NCBI GenBank assembly: GCA_951406725.2
Contig: OX597816.1
Span: 38,750,001 to 38,814,000, forward strand
Direction: 5' to 3'
Length of the DNA: 64,000 nt
Origin: Octopus vulgaris
Taxonomy: Eukaryota
The position numbers and the translations under genes were made by a program. The notes below the pieces were generated by a model. It searched no databases and had not been told where the DNA came from. It worked only from the letters and a program-made list of their open reading frames with translations. Positions 25,476 to 38,705 of this stretch are shown in pieces; the stretch's first letter is position 1, and each line of letters starts with the position of its first letter.

Positions 25476-27463
25476 GTAAAAATTATCCTTTCATACACAC
25501 ATTACTCACAAAAATATTAAAACTGGTTGCTAAATGGCTAGCAAGCAAGGTTTGCCATGTGTAGGGTGATGGTGAGAAAAGTTTTTTTGTAGTTATTGTT
25601 TATTCTTTAGGATACACTGGTAATTTTACTGAGCTGTTGATGATGTAATGAATGTCATAGAACAGACCTATAAACAAAGTCATTCCAGCCTTGACCATCC
25701 TATTGTTTTTTTTTCCTGGGCACAGTAAATCCAAGACAATAGAATCGCATATCATGAGGCATAGGCATATAGGCAGGTCTGTGTGGTAAGAAGTTTGCTT
25801 CTTAACCATATGGTCTCAACTTCAGTGTTGCTGCATGGTACCTTGAGCGAGTGTCTTCTGCTATAATCCCAAGCTAACCAAAGCCTTATGAGTGGGTTTG
25901 ACAGGTGGAAACTGAAAAAAGTCCATTGTATGTATGTTACTGTCTCCTTGCCTTGACATCATGTTATAATTGTAAATGTATGTCTCTGTCATGCAAGTGG
26001 TGTCCTTTGTTTCCAATCTTCCGAGAAAACATGTCTAGCCATTTCCCATGGCCAGACATACCTTACTTGGAAACAGATGAGGATTGCTAACAAGCAGGGA
26101 ATCTGGCTGTAGAAAATCCACCTTAACAAATTCCATCTGACCAATGCAAGCATGGGAAAATTAAATAATGGTGGTGGTAACATCACCATTCTTTTCACAG
26201 ATGTGTTTCATTCTTGCAAAGTCAATATGTTCCAATCTAGGTTGGTGGCTTGACAGAGCTGTTAATGAATGGTGCATGATGCCTAGCAGTATCTATTCTG
26301 GCTCTGTGCTTTTTGACAGAAACATCTGTGACGACATTGATGCCTAACTGTATTGTCTAAGTCAGCAATATTTCTTTTGAATAGAGAGAGAGAGACTTAA
26401 ATGAATGGGCAGCTGCTACTCTTCCTCAAAAATTCTTGCCAAAGCCTACACTTGTTTGTGCAGCTATAGGGTCAGTCCTGACCAACAGAGACCTCTTTGC
26501 CATTCTTTTTGCAGGATGTGATCTGAAGGAAATTTGGCTGCTGTTTCTGACAGGTTGAACAACGAGACAACTAGATGTGTGACTTGAAGCCATGAAAGTA
26601 TTTTCAGTCCTAACAGCTGCTATCTCAGCATCTCATCTATCCATGGGCAAATTTAAAATTTCACATCAACCTATTGAATCAATGATAACTGTCAATTTGC
26701 ATTTGGTATCCAAAATAAAGCATCTGTGAAATATCACGTCATTAAATATTAAATCTATGGTTGGTGCTAATCTTCATTTTCATGCATAAGAAGGCGTTAT
26801 TATAATTTTTGTGAAATCTGTCCATCCATAACATAAGTTCCAGTTTGATTTGCAACTTCCCTCTTCTCTCCCTCTATATAAATGTATACAGACACATACC
26901 TGTATTTCTCAATGTTATTGTTAAAGACATTGGAACAAAAATATGAATCTCTATTCTGTCTACATCTCTCGCTCCCTTTCCCTATCTCTATACAAGTACA
27001 TACAGGTATATACATATATATATATACATACAAACATGACAACAGTATTATCTATTAGTGTGCAGGTGTATATGTACATACACTCATTACTCAACATGAT
27101 CGTTAAAAACATTTTGTTAACTTAAGACACAGCTATCGAAAATAAAAAAAATTTCTTATTTTTGAAATTGTTAGCATTATAATTTAATTAAATGCTTTTT
27201 AGCAATCTTGTTAAGAAATCTGGGTACATTTATCTGTGTACATACATTCTTATATACTGAGAGGCAGAAAGACATAATACTGTTGTTGTGTAAGAATGTA
27301 TCATTGTGCACTTGCATATGCATGCATCATTATATGCAGAAAGACAGGAGAATATGAGAAGTCATATTTCATCTTCCAATATTGCAATAAGCTACTTCTT
27401 TTAAAAGTTCTATCTGCTTGCTTATCTACCTACTTACCTATCGATCACTATTTTTACTTTCAA

Positions 27464-27866
27464 CTCTCACCCAATATACAAGTAACCTAGGCAACTCACA
27501 GGCACTGTCCTCATCATTTTTATTCATTTAATCATTTCAGAAAAATAGTTGAATGATTATTTTCTTAGTCATTTTTGTATTTGTCAGTTGCTTCATGAAC
27601 TAAATTCACCCTTCAGAGACAATACATCAAAAGATAGCAATATGCTTTACGAAAGTAGATAATGTTAAAAAATTATATGTATTTGATTTATTAAATGTTT
27701 CTTTTCTTTTAATATTGTTTTATCTTTTTCTTTTTTCTTTCTGGTATATATACCTATATTTCAATAAAGCAAATTATTACTTATTCTAGGATAAAAAACT
27801 ACAGGTCGTGCATTTGTAAAAATAAAAATCATTGTTTATGAAATCATATATCTCTACTGCTTTAAT
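27464..27866 (+). repeat. Copy 1 of a ~400-bp intronic direct duplication (copy 2 at 29530-29933)
   Basis: Collinear match from CTCTCACCCA.TATACAAGTAACCTAG to ATCTCTACT. Confidence 0.9.
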
Positions 27867-30094
27867 GAAAGAAAAAACTCAGCTTTATAGAATTAGTTAC
27901 ATTAGTGTTAGTGCTCTGACTGCAACTTCCTTTCATCCTCTTACTAAAATCAATAACTTACTATTCTATGAACAGCAATATATAAGAAAATATGAGAGAT
28001 AATACAATTCTGTCATCAACATGGAAGTACTCTATCACATGATTTGCTTCTCATCCAATCGGTATCTTCTAAATATCTTCTAAATGTTTGCATATAAAGA
28101 TTTATTTTTAAGAACAGTCTTTATATATTCTTAAAGACAAAATTGATTTCGATATTTAAAATACAAATGTAGAAGTATTCAGAAACGTGTAAATAAGTCT
28201 TTACATGTTTCTCAAAGCAAAGTCAGCTATAAATGATAGATTATGATAAATATTTATGCCAGCATGGAAAACCATTAGCTGATGATAATGACTTTGGGTT
28301 AAAAAAAAAAAAACCCTCATGTTTATGAATTTGTTTTGTGGGGTTCCTGATGTGAACTTGTGAGTTGAAACTGATATTGCTATATTTCAGAATGATAATT
28401 TTTTTTCTTGCCAAATAAACACACACACACTATATATTCATGTTTCACTCATTTATTATTGTTCTTATTTTGTCTTATATTCATTATCTGGAAATCTTTT
28501 GCCACACATCTGTGACCTCTTCTGCAACTTTTCCATCCATGTGTATCCTCCTGTTCTGTTTAGTCCATTCTGTCTTTCTATGATGTGTATCCTTATCTAT
28601 GTTCTGCTTTAGAGAAGATGCATGGTTTAACTCACACAGGCAGCTTTCTGCTCTCCCCACCACCATTCAAAGGGTTTTTAACCTAAAGTATTTGTTTTTT
28701 CATCCTAGCATGAATTAGGCAGGTATATTATCAAAGCAGTGTTTACAGCCAGTTAGTCTTCCTGTCATTAACCATTCCCTGCTTTTTGCAAGCAACTGAT
28801 CTTTTTATTCAACACACCTTCAAAGGTGCAAAGCCAACAGATGATTCCTTGGCAAGAGAAATAACAGCAACATCAATGCTTCCAGTGAAGCAGATTTTGG
28901 AGAAGCACAGATGTAATTGAATATACACACACACAAGCATGATGGGCTTTTTTGTTTTGGCATCTACCTGTCAGATTCACTCACAAGACCTTGGTTGGCT
29001 TAGGGCTATTGTAATAAACACTTGTTCAAGGTGTTGTGTAGCGAAACTGAACCTGAAATCATGTGGGTAGGAAGAAAAAATTCTCAACTATATGACCATG
29101 TTCATCATCATTATCATCATCATCGTTTAACGTCCGCTTTCCATGCTAGCATGGGTTGGACAATTTGACTGAGGCCTGGCGAACCAGATGGCTGCATCAG
29201 ACTCCAATCTGATCTGGCAGAGTTTCTACAGCTGGATACCCTTCCTAACGCCAACCACTCTGAGAGTGTAGTGCTTTTACCTGCCACAAGCACGAGGGTC
29301 TGTCAGGCAGTACTGGCAACAGCCACACTCAAATGGTGCTTTTTATGTGCCACATGCACAGGAGCCAGTTCAGCGGCACTGGCAATGACCTTGCTCGAAT
29401 GTTTTTTTCACGTGCCAGTAAGGCAACGCAGGTAACGATTATGCTCGAATGGTGCTTTTTACGTGCCAAAACCTATTATTCACAGCTGAATTTGCTTCAA
29501 GATATTGTTCATAAAAAATTTACCTTCTGCTCTCACCCAGTATACAAGTAACCTAGACAACTCACAGGCAGTGTCCTCATCATTTTCAATCATTTAATCA
29601 TTTCAGAAAAATAGTTGAATGATTATCTTCTTAGTCGTTTTTTGTATTTGTCAATTGCTTCATGAACTAAATTCACTCTTTAGAGACAATACATCAAAAG
29701 ATAGCAATATACTTTATGAAAGTAGGTGATGTTAAAAAATTATGTTATTTTGGTCTAATAAATGTTTCTTTTATTTCAATTTCGTTTTACCTTTTTCTTC
29801 TTTCTTTCTGGCATTTATACCTATATTTCAATAAAACACTGTAGTAATTACTTATTCTAGGTTTAAAACAAAAGGTCATGCATTTGTAAAAATAAAAATC
29901 ATTGTCTACAAATCATATCTCTACTATTTTAATAATTCGCTTCTAGACATTGTTCATTAAAAACAATTAGATGGTATTTCCTTATGACAGCATTAGTAAA
30001 CATGGTATTTCATTTTTACTGTCAAATAATGCAATGTTGTAATTATTTTATTCTATTAAATCTCACATTATTTTCCTCTTTTCTGACATCACAG

Positions 30095-30215
30095 TTTGCG
30101 TCTGGAATTTCCTGAAGCTGTACAGATGTTACGAAACAATGGTATAGAAATCGGAGATGAGGATGATCTTTCAACGCCAAGTGAGAAATTTCTGGGAAAA
30201 CTTGTCAAAGCTAAG
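30095..30215 (+). CDS. DARS1: DARS1 exon
   Basis: [40 protein letters not shown]. Confidence 0.97.
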
Positions 30216-30460
30216 GTATTGGGTATGCTTTTGTTTTGAAGTGTATTTTTTTAAAATACTTAGAGATTTAATTTTCTATATTAGATAAAAATATTTGATA
30301 TAACTACAAAATTATTGAATCTGCTTTCACTTAAATGGTTTATTTTAATCAGTGTGGACCAATTAAAAATAATCTCTGATTATGTTAGTTTACAAACATT
30401 AACCCTTCAGCATTCAAACCAGCCGTATCTGGCCTAAATATTCTACCTGTTTTATGTTCA

Positions 30461-30860
30461 AATCCTCGAGTATAATCCGCATTTTTTTCCCAAAATTTAA
30501 AGGTCAAAATCCCTTGTGCATACTATATACGAGGTTAAAAATGAAAATTATTTTCTAAGCAATGTCTGAGTCTCTATTTGCTGTCCGGCAATGTTTATTC
30601 AGACGCATTTTGTGATGTCGGGCGTGAAAATACATTAAGCTAAGCCTGAAAGCAATGAAGTCGTAAAAGAATCATCCATAACTTGCAGTAAGCAACATTT
30701 ATTAAACGTTATTACTGTTATTTCTTTATTTTCTGCAAACAAAATGCACAAAAAAGCTATATGTTTGCATTATGTTATATATACAATAATAATAAAGGAT
30801 GTTACCATATACATTTTTACAAACCAAGGACGTTATATAGACCTCCTTGACTCAAAATCT
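30461..30860 (+). mobile_element. pogo/Tigger-like DNA transposon terminal fragment
   Basis: Begins AATCCTCGAGTATAATCCGCA with an internal inverted copy TGCATACTATATACGAGG; truncates a piggyBac MITE. Confidence 0.45.
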
Positions 30861-31326
30861 GAAAACAATAATTAAAATAAATATTTTATTTTTTACATTT
30901 AATAAGTTGTAATGAACACTTTATTTCTACATTTACAGTTTTTATTTCTTGCAAAAAATTTTAAAATTATATAAGGGTGCCAAAATTCAGCTTACCTTGG
31001 GCACCAGCACCCCTACAGTTGCCCTGGCTTATAGTTTCAAATTTCTAATTTGACACTTTTAAAATTACGGAGATGTACTTGCATAGCAAGTGACCACGGA
31101 ATTTTGTCAGTGAACAGGTCGTGGTCTCAAAATGACAAAATTATTTTGACAAATTAAATTTAAATGTTGAAGGGAATCTAGCGGGTTATTGTGTGTATTT
31201 AAATTGCTTATAAACACCTTCTGTGCTGCAATAGCTTTTAAAATGTTTTGTATTATCTTCAACTCTGTCTTGGATGAATAAATCTGCTTTTTCTAAACAG
31301 CTTTGTTTCTTTTCTTTCATTTCCAG

Positions 31327-31407
31327 TATGATACCGACTTTTTCATCTTGGACAAATATCCATTGGCAGTTCGACCATTCTACACGATGCCTGATCCTCA
31401 TAATAAA
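31327..31407 (+). CDS. DARS1: DARS1 exon
   Basis: [27 protein letters not shown]; donor GTGAGT. Confidence 0.98.
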
Positions 31408-32423
31408 GTGAGTTTGTTGTTCAATTATCTTTAATCCTTGGGCCCTGTGACATTATTATGTTATATCAATTCTGTAACCTCAATTCAACTTATGCCTCAT
31501 CATTGAAATTGACGAGACAACACTTTGTGGGAACTCTGCCAGGTGGACTGCACCTGCTGTGAGGTGGTGATTGTGTCAATTGACTTTAGTACTATTTGGT
31601 TTAATACAACTACCTGGTCTTTAAAAGCTTACTCAGCTATAAACAATCAGAAGATAGATATACCATTTGCTACTGCAGCAAAATCATGATTTCCTTCTCT
31701 TTTTTCTCCAACAAGTCTAGAAAGTTCTATAAAGATTATCAATACTGCCCTATCTACTCTAAGGTATCAGAAAAGAGAAAAAAAAGCTCCTTGTCTTCAT
31801 TTTATAGTTGTTAAAACAACTTAGAAAGCATGTTACGCTACATACGATACTCAATAGAAGCTAGAAATCATGGACCCCGCCCCATTTTCTATATTTTATG
31901 TCATTTCTTATGCCATCTTATTTGATGCTCTAATGTAGCAACCAAATCTTCCAACCAAAGGAAGAGCTATGTTGTTTGATATGCTATGAATAGCAGATAA
32001 ATCTCCCTCAGATCACATCCTATTATAAAAAGTGAAGGGGGTGTGTATATCAAATATAACATGGTCTTGGGTATACTCTGTGTTGAACAAAGTCAGGATG
32101 GTCGCTACTTGAACATCCTTGATCATAAGGTTTGTTCAGTGAAGACGGACCTGAGGCTAAATAACTACATCAACTGTTGTTCATCGTTTAACATCCGTTT
32201 TCCATGCTAGCATGGGTTTGACGGTTCAACTGGGGTCTGGGAAGCCAGTAGGCTGCGCCAGGCCCAGTCTGATCTGGCAGTGTTTCTACAGCTGGATGCC
32301 CTTCCTAACGCCAACCACTCTGTGAGTGTAGTGGGTGCTTTTTACGTGCCACCGGCACAGGTGCCAGACGAGGCTATATATAAAAATGACTTTTAATGAA
32401 CTTTTTGCTTTTTCCAATTCTAG

Positions 32424-32535
32424 AAAGCTTCAAATTCGTATGACATGTTTATGCGAGGAGAAGAAATTTTGTCTGGCGCTCAGCGAATCCATGATCCTGA
32501 TCTTTTGACGGAACGTGCAAAAGAACATGGAATTG
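32424..32535 (+). CDS. DARS1: DARS1 exon
   Basis: [37 protein letters not shown]. Confidence 0.98.
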
Positions 32536-32780
32536 GTAAGTTTACTGTCTCTAAAATATTCGTACACTTTTATTTTAATAAGTAGGAATGTAGTGGACAT
32601 ATTTCATTCGTATCATGGATATTAAATGTTAAAATGTTTAGCTATTTCATCTATTGTTTATATTTTACTTGTTTCAATCATTAGACTGCAGCCATGCTGG
32701 GGCAACACCTTGAACAAGTTGTACTATTTTTTTAAAGTCTGGTACTTATTTTTGTCAGTTTCTTTCTGCTGGACCACTAA

Positions 32781-33038
<258 letters not shown>

Positions 33039-34133
33039 TAATGAAACTCAATGAAATTCCAGTCACTGACCCACTTCCCTTGATAGGCCAAGTCCTGTTT
33101 CCGTGTTCTCATCATCATCATCATCATCGTTTAGCATCCGCTTTCCATGCTAGCATGAGTTGGACGGTTCAACCAGGAATCTGGGAAGCCAGAAGGCTGC
33201 ACCAGGCTCAGTCTGATTGGCAATGTTTCTACAGCTGGATGCCCTTCCTAACGCCAACCACTCCGTGAGTGTAGTGGGTGCTTTTTACGTGCCAGACGGG
33301 GCTGGCAAACGGCCATACTTTAAACATACATGTATACTTTAACATGTGTACATCCACATGATCGCAAAATCATGGTTTCAATTCATGATCAGTCAGCTCA
33401 CCAGCCTGTTCAGTCATTACTAAATGGACTCTGCTCATTCAAACTTACTGACGTTATGTTGCTCCTACCTGAACTCAGTATACATTGCCATTTTTCTCTT
33501 CTGCAATGTTGAGAAAACTCTTTTGTCTATTGCTGAGAGCATGGCAACCGTTTTAGTGCTGATGCCAAGAGGAAAAAAATTACATTTTGTAAAATGGTAA
33601 GTGAATTAATCACAGACAACAGTGTCAAGGAGACTCTTTAGTTATGTTGATGGCATTGCAGTTTCTCTAGTACTGGTGTCATTCTAGTACTGTAAAGTGG
33701 TTGGTGTTAGGAAGAGCGTCCAACCATAGGAAGAATGTCAAAACTAAGTGATTTGAGCCAGATGTGATCCTCCAACTCATCGAGCAAGGCTGTAACTCTA
33801 ATAAGAACAGATTCAAGTTTCTGTCAAAGTGTCCAACTCTTACCATCATGAGGAAGCATGTAAAATGAAGACCATCATCATCATTTTAAAGTCCACTTTT
33901 CCTTACTTGCATAAGTTAGGTGGAATATGTTATGGCAGATTTTTCTACAGCTGGATGCCGTTCTTGTCATCAAACCTCACCTGTTTCCAATTAAGGTAAT
34001 ATTTTCATTTGGTTAAACATGCATTCACATGGAAACCAACATCACTACATATATGACAGTGGCATCCATTTACATCTGTAATGTCAGATCAAGACAAGGG
34101 GACACACACACACACACACATAGTTTCCATCTA

Positions 34134-34541
34134 ACACATAAAAAGCACCATCCGAACGTGGCCGTTGCCAGCGCCACCTCGACTGGCTTCTGTGCTGGTG
34201 GCACATAAAAAGCACCATCCGAACGTGGCCGATGCCAGCGCCACCTCGACTGTCTTCTGTGCCGGTGGCACATAAAAAGCACCATTCGAACGTGGCCGAT
34301 GCCAGCACCGCCTCGACTGGCTTCCGTGCCGGTGGCACGTTAAAACCACCAGCCGATCGTGGCCGATGCCAGACCCCCCTGGCACCTGTGCAGGTGGCAC
34401 GTAAAAATCACCCACTACACTCGCAGAGTGGTTGGCGTTAGGAAGGGCATCCAGCTGTAGAAACACTGCCAGATCAGACTGGAGCCTAGTGCAGCCCCAT
34501 GCTAGTGCGGAAAACGAACATTAAACGATGATGATGATGAT
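34134..34541 (+). mobile_element. RTE 3' UTR-derived element with four tandem ~62-67-bp units
   Basis: Units AAAAAGCACCATCCGAACGTGGCCG.TGCCAGCGCCACCTCGACTGGCTTC.GTGCCGGTGGCAC, then the common tail. Confidence 0.85.
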
Positions 34542-34709
34542 ATCCATTCCTAAAGCTTTGGTAGACTTTGGAGTGCTATAGTAGAAGACATTTGCTTGAG
34601 ATTCCATGCAGTGGAACTAAACCTGAAATCATGTGGTTTGGAAGTGAACTGCTTAACAAATTTGAACAAGAAACGACAAAGTCATTGCATATTTCTTTTA
34701 TCTTTGCAG

Positions 34710-34801
34710 GTTGTGAACGAGTCACCATGCTCTACTTGGGCCTGGACAACATTAGGAAGACATCTCTTTACCCACGTGATCCCAAGCGACTGACTCCTTA
34801 G
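34710..34801 (+). CDS. DARS1: DARS1 last coding exon
   Basis: [30 protein letters not shown]; canonical AspRS C-terminus. The 14 exons total 1567 nt in one continuous frame. Confidence 0.98.
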
Positions 34802-34851
34802 GGCTTATCTTTAAAATATGAGATATTTTTATTTTTATCAATTATGAAAAA

Positions 34852-34937
34852 AATAAACAAAAGCTGGGTTTTTCTATTTTTGGTTAATGTCTTTTACATT
34901 AAATTTAATACATTTTGTATTCTTTTAAAAAAATAAA
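34852..34937 (+). terminator. Candidate DARS1 polyadenylation signals
   Basis: AATAAA at 34852-34857 and 34932-34937; the second is followed by a GT/T-rich tract (~34953-34963). Confidence 0.55.
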
Positions 34938-36805
34938 ATGTCTTCACAAAATTCTGTTTGTTGATAATTAGGCCTTCAAAATTGGGATGTCTGGATGTGT
35001 TACATTGAAGCTTGTGTGCCTTAAGAGCATAATGGGCATAAAGCAACACTATTCCCTCTGAATTCAGTCATTTAATCATTGTACTAATTGTAATATTGAT
35101 TATCATTATACTGAAATAAGATTTTAGTATAAAATCTTATTGTATACTACACTGCCCTTATTTTATACAAAACCATATACAGACAACTACTAATATCAAA
35201 CTTGTGTTGGTATTTTACTATTTCTTTCAACTTTTTGTTACCACATTTCTCTTGAAATACACTGCCTTCATTTCAATTAATTTTGAAACCAATCAAAAAT
35301 TTAGTAAAAGTAATTTTGTGATTAAGTTGGTATAAGAATATTGGATTAGCAAAATCAGAATGTCAGGAAAAATGCTTTGCGGTATTTTTTTTTTCTGGCT
35401 CTTTATGTTCTGAGATCCCCATTCCACCAAGGTCAACTTGTCCTTTCATCCTTCTGGAGTTGACAGAGTTGATGATATGAATTTACCCCAACCCTTCAAA
35501 ACTGCCAGCCTTATACTTAAGATTAGAAAACATTGTTAAACTCATGTTTGAGACATAAATTAACATGGAATTTTGATGGGAAGTTTTAATTTAATTTAGG
35601 TCACTTTGAAACAGTTTGTATTACACAATGAGGGGCAGTTTTAGGCAGGTTGGTATCAAATGGATGAATTCAGTGTTTTCTAAACCATATGTCTACAATC
35701 AACATCCACTTTTTGCAGAAAAATCATGTATTTTTCATAAATAATGAATAAAGAAGACAAGGTTAAACATTTATAATCAAATTTTTTTATCAAAAAGTAA
35801 GTAGTATAAGCATCCTCTGCTTTACAGGAACATAACATTCCTGAAAACCATTCTGTAACATAGGAAACCTGTTAGATAGGAGTCAATGGGGAAATAGGTT
35901 TCTTATCATAGAATTACACATTACAGCAAGATTATCAGGAATGTGATGCATCTATGATGGGAATGGTGCATGTACTTTTTTTTTTTTTTTTTTTTTTGGT
36001 ATTTAATTAAATCTGTGATTTTAAAAACCAGTATTAGTAATTTAATTAAAATTAATCATTTGTCAGTTATAAATAAGTTTATTAGACTTTTGAAAACATT
36101 TTTTTAACGAATATTTTTTAATGAATAAACTTTATTATTTCATGTAATTATTCCTTATTCATTATATTCATCATAAAATTATTCCTTTTTCTTTTTATTA
36201 TTTTTCTTTCTTTCTTTTGTAAAATTTATGACATCATTTTCACACACCATTGATTTTATAAGGACTAGGTAAGCTCTTAATTTCATTGAAGTTTTTAGTA
36301 GCTTAGCATAAATGTTCTGTAAATGTGGCATTTAACTGATTAGTTTCCCTATATCATTATCATCATTGCTTCATGTCTGCTTTTCTTGTTGGCATGGGTT
36401 GAACAGGTTTCCACAATGAGAATCAACACAGAGGATCACATTGTACTTGTGCATTTCATTATTAGCTTGGTTTGTATGGCTCAGTGTCCTCCTTAACAAC
36501 TATTGTACAGAGTATACTGGGGGCTTTTGTGTGTGTGTGTGTGTGTGTGTGGCATCAGCATTACATGTGTTAATCCTTTTATGGCATCTAATAAATGATG
36601 AAATAATACTTATTGTTACGTGGCAGTTCTTGGTTGCCTCACAAGAGATGATTGTGGTTTTTAGTTTGTAGTGATTATGTTTAGAAATCTATGTCTACTG
36701 ATAATTCTTTCAACTATAAGCACAAAGTCTGAAATTTTGTGAGAGGGGCTAGTTGATTACATTGACTCCTAGTGCTCAGCTGGCACTTGTTTTATCAACC
36801 CCAAG

Positions 36806-37053
36806 TGTGATGTGAACGATGAAAGAGGACAACAGAAAAAGGGAGAATGAAATACAATCAGGCCTTACTTCGGCGAAGATTAGTTCGGATCTTTCTCAGC
36901 TAGCTCGATACGTCTGGTGCCTTCGTCGTCTCAACAGCAACTCGTTGATCCCACACGTGCGTCCTCGCTACCGCTTCCGCTTCCTGCCGCGCATGCGCCC
37001 TGCAAGCCCTACTTCCGCCCTCCCCTATCTGTCATCCTCTCACCAACACCACA
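36806..37053. mobile_element. Solo LTR of an LTR retrotransposon (248 bp) inserted in a SINE
   Basis: TGTGATGT...ACACCACA termini; perfect 5-bp TSD CCAAG (36801-36805, 37054-37058); the host SINE rejoins across it. Confidence 0.88.
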
Positions 37054-37778
37054 CCAAGAGTGTAAAAGGCAAAGTCAACCTTGGCAGAATTTGAACTTAG
37101 AACATAAAACTGGAAGGAATGCCACTAAGCATTTTATCCAATGATTCTGCCAGCACACTGCTTTACGTCTACTGATAATGAAGGTTGATTATATGGCTTA
37201 GTTGTTGTGGTAGTGGTGGTGGCAGTCGTGGTACCAGGACAAGAAAAGCAATCAAGAACACAATATAGTTGTAGAATCTACATAGATATTAAAAGATAGT
37301 CTAGGCTGGTGACAAAAAAAAAATCTTTCTTCACCTAAGTATGAACTAATTTATGATCTCTGATTTAGGCACAAAGCCAGCAGCTTTTAAGGGGAGGAGA
37401 TAAGATGATTACCACGATCTGCCCCAATTATTGACTGGTACATTATTTTTTTATTACCCCCAGAGGGATGAAAGGTAAAGTTGACCTTGGCATGTTTTGA
37501 ACTCAGATTATAAAGAGTCAGAACAGATACTAATCCACCACCTTTTTAATAGTTTCTGATTTAGGCAAAAGTCAGCAGTCTTGAGGTGAAGGATTCAATT
37601 GATGCAATCAAATCTAGTACTTGATTGGTACTTTATTTTATTAATCCTAGGGACATGAAAGACAAAGGTGCCCTTAGTGGGATTTGAACTCAGAACATAA
37701 AGATATGAAACAGATAGCTCAAGGCATGCTCTTATGATTCGGCCAATCCATTGTTCTGAGCTAAATAATCCTGTGGAA

Positions 37779-38277
37779 CAGTGGGTTTCAACCAGGGTCC
37801 ACATGGCCTTTGGGGGTCCCATATAAGATTCCGTAGTAAAAATTTATGTGAGATAAATTGCTTGTACTTTTACAACACACAAAATAAGAGCATTGTAGCT
37901 TGCTTGAAGCAGTGTAATATTGAAGAAAGGAAAATAGGAAAGGTTCTGACAATGCGGAAAGTTTAACAAAACCTTTATATTTCAGGTGCAGAGACTGATC
38001 CTCAGAAGGAAAACAGACTTTTTCTTTTGAGGATAGGCCTTTGCACCTGAAATATAAAGGTTTTGTTGAGTTTTATGCATTGTCAGAAGCATTCTTATTT
38101 TACCTTTTTCCCTTCTTCAATACACAAAATATTTTAATTTTTTTAATACATTTCCTAATATTTAGCTATAAAAATACAGTAGGATATTTTTTATATACAT
38201 GAAATGGATATGGAAGTCCAGTAGAGTAAAATAGGAATCAAAGAGGTCCATAAGCGAAAATTGGTTGAGAACCACTG
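37779..38277. mobile_element. hAT-like MITE carrying a hairpin insertion (37887-38121)
   Basis: CAGTGGGTTTCAACC...GGTTGAGAACCACTG termini; homologous to 2324-2577 except for the insert. Confidence 0.75.
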
Positions 38278-38705
38278 ACATTGTTTGATAATCAGAAGAC
38301 AGCCCTGAAGTGTCTATGAACTTCATAGGATACTTCATAACGTATGAGAACCATAACCAAAGGAAACTTAAAACAGGTAAATGCTGGGCAGAAATGCCAT
38401 GTGAGTGACAGATGGCTGGGTTTTTAATGGTTTTTTTCAGAAGTGGAAGAACAATATTCGTGACATTTTGTTGCCTCCAAGATTGATGGGAGAATGTTAA
38501 CCTCAGACCAGAGAAGAAGCTGAAATCTTGAAATAGAATGGTTTCTGCCAATGGCACTCATGGTGGCTTGGAGTTAAAAATCAATTAACAGATTAAGTCT
38601 ACTACCCAAGAACAAGGACAACTTCCAATCATTTTCTGACTACCAAATTTCACTTTGAATGTTTTGGTTGATCCAAAGGCATGATAGAAGACATCTAATG
38701 TGCCA

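Noticed and set aside
34134-34420. CRISPR-like repeat/spacer array
   Set aside because: The 'spacers' are homologous to each other, the array is part of an RTE 3' UTR, the DNA is eukaryotic and there are no cas genes.
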